Of a stretch of 18,320 nucleotides of DNA, positions 16,313 through 18,320 are shown piece by piece. This DNA is from Alphaproteobacteria bacterium (GTDB taxonomy: Bacteria > Pseudomonadota > Alphaproteobacteria > UBA7887). The notes beneath the pieces are model-generated. The model had not been told where the DNA came from. It searched no databases and saw only the letters and a list, made by a program, of their open reading frames with translations. Both the position numbers and the translations under genes were made by a program. The first letter of the stretch is position 1, and every line of letters begins with the position of its first letter. The stretch spans positions 1 through 18,320 of the forward strand of contig CBDCGL010000010.1 in NCBI GenBank assembly GCA_965216755.1, in the 5' to 3' direction.

Positions 16313-17569
16313 GCTGAAGCGATGATCAATCCGGGACCGGTGGGGTGTCTGGCGGCACAATAGTGCGCTTGAACCGCTTTGCAGCGTGGGTTGGCCCACC
16401 GTCCGAAATAGCGAACAGGACCCCACGCCCTAATTGTACTTTCGGCAGGGTTGGCCTGATCGGCCCATTCTCAACGAAAATGAGTCGATTCTCTCGGCCT
16501 CGAGATGTCTCTGCGGATTCCTTGTTGCACTATCGTAACAACACGCAGAGGACCGGCGCAGGGGCTCGTAAGAACGATCGTTCCAGGTGCATCGGATCCA
16601 AAATCGACCGGGGCCGGATAGGGGTGATTTCCGGAATGCTGCTTATCACACCAAAATGGGCTCCCTAACGTCACCGGGCGCGTAAAGGATATGCGAACGG
16701 TTATGGCACGATCGCAAGGCTCCAGCTTCCGCCGAAGCGCTCCACCACCACTGCGGGCGACGAATCTCTGTTACTGACCAAAAAATGATGTTACTATCAT
16801 GCTAACATCAATGATAGCGTGTGCCGATGGAATGGGGGGAACCAAAAGCACCGTTTCAGCGTTTACAATGCACGTGGGCTGAAACGCTTTGTTCCGTGCC
16901 GCTGGGCAGCAAATGCGGCCCGATCATCACGGCTAACTCCACTATTGGTTGTCTTGCCGAATTGTGGGCACGAGCGCATTTGCGGCATTCTTATGAGATC
17001 CCGTACCGGTCCATCCGCTTACGACACACCGCGGCTGTGCTGCCCCTCCGCGCTCGGCATCTGTGCGCATTGAATGGACGCTGTCCAACCCAAAAACACT
17101 GACGGAGGGCCACGACCTTACTCACAAAGCTCATGTTCGGATGGTTTTGGTTTGCGGGATCACGCTTTTCTGATTGGGATCCCGACGCCACCTACAGAAA
17201 TTCGATCTTGTATCCTGCAGCGCCTCGCGGAGACGCTATTCATTTGTGCGTGCCGTTTGGTTAGCGAATTACGCTAATTAACTGCATTGCGCCCCCGTTC
17301 TGGAATAGCCGGTTTCATAGGTTTGATTCTTGACATCTCGATTCGTTCATCGCGATGGCAACAGTATTGCTGGCTTCGAACCCGCTCTTCACTTGCTATG
17401 AATGACTTAACCGCCACGCCGGCTAAACTCTTGTTTTGTAACGCGAACAATCGCCACATCATTATTAGTGTCCTAGTTCATATTCTACGAATCACTTTCG
17501 TGTGTCGTGATGCACACTTGCAACGTATACTGAATCACTAAATGTTGAATGCGTCCGGTGGAGGGGACC

Positions 17570-18320
17570 ATGTCAGAAGATATCTGGTCGGTTTTGGATT
17601 ATCCGCGGGACGATATCAATGGTCCGCATGGTTTTTTGGTTGGCGATCCAGATGGCGCGTTATTGGGAGCCGATAGCGGCGACGCCCCTGACGAATCCGC
17701 AGCCTACGACCTTCTCAGGGATCTTGTTGATGATGAAGTTGCCCAATCTGAAAGAACCGAGCAGAACGGCAATGGAACGCACAAGGAACTTACTGGAAGC
17801 AATAGAAACGACAAGCTTTCAGGAAGTCCTGGCGCTGATTTTCTCCGAGGACGTGGTGGCAATGATTACATAAATGGTGGCAAGGGCCCGGACATCCTTC
17901 TCGGAAATAACGGTAACGATACGATATTGGGCGGCCTAGGAGCCGACCTATTGGATGGGGCGATGGCCATGATCGTTTGCTTGACGGCAAGGGCGCGGAT
18001 GTTCTCTTGGTGGCCCCGGCAACGACAGGTTGCTGGCAAGCCTTGGCGCCGATTTTCTAGACGGCGGCCCGGGCAATGATCACTTAGTCGGCGGAAAAGG
18101 TGCCGACACGCTTCTCGGAAAGGGCGGCAAGGACAACCTCAATGGGGGTCCTGGCGCCGACCTCCTGGATGCTGGGAAAGGCAACGACCACCTTAGCGGC
18201 GCAGACGGGCCGTGACGGTCTCATCGGCGGTGAAGGTCACGATAAACTTCTCGGAGGTCAAGGCTCTGACCTCATGCTTGGTCGCCAAGGGAACGATTTC
18301 ATATCCGGCGGCAACGGTCG
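17570..18320 (+). pseudogene. RTX/hemolysin-type Ca-binding repeat protein, three frameshifts, truncated by the window edge
   Basis: ATG 17570 follows GGAGGGG. Tandem GGxGxDxLx nonapeptides continue across frame changes near 17957-17960 (-1), 18009-18010 (-1) and 18207-18209 (+1). Either a pseudogene or an intact gene with sequencing errors. Confidence 0.8.

Noticed and set aside
16345-17541. Short ORFs in the gene-poor region
   Set aside because: All are 62-107 aa, mutually overlapping, without RBS or family motifs; no gene could be supported.

Overview
Backbone of a mobilisable alphaproteobacterial-type plasmid. Left to right: the 5' end of a serine recombinase gene (cut by the window edge), divergent from a coupled pair encoding an exported protein and a coiled-coil protein; a complete IS21-family element (1556-4040, 7-bp target duplication) sitting in a thermonuclease-like remnant; an iteron/DnaA-box origin with an RPA-family repA; a parA plus small ribbon-helix-helix partner with a centromere-like repeat array; a MOBQ relaxase, an RSF1010-like oriT and a MobC-like gene; a VirD4/TraG coupling protein without an N-terminal membrane anchor followed by two membrane-protein genes; a HipBA-like toxin-antitoxin pair; a DUF2958-like gene; and a frameshifted RTX Ca-binding repeat gene running off the right edge. 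The least explained structures are a perfect 16-bp inverted repeat beside the recombinase that covers the RBS and ATG of the neighbouring operon, two long hairpins upstream of small genes that look like single-stranded-DNA promoters on the predicted transferred strand, a dense hairpin array between the relaxase start and oriT, and the anchor-less coupling-protein module. All family calls are by-eye motif recognition; no searches were run.
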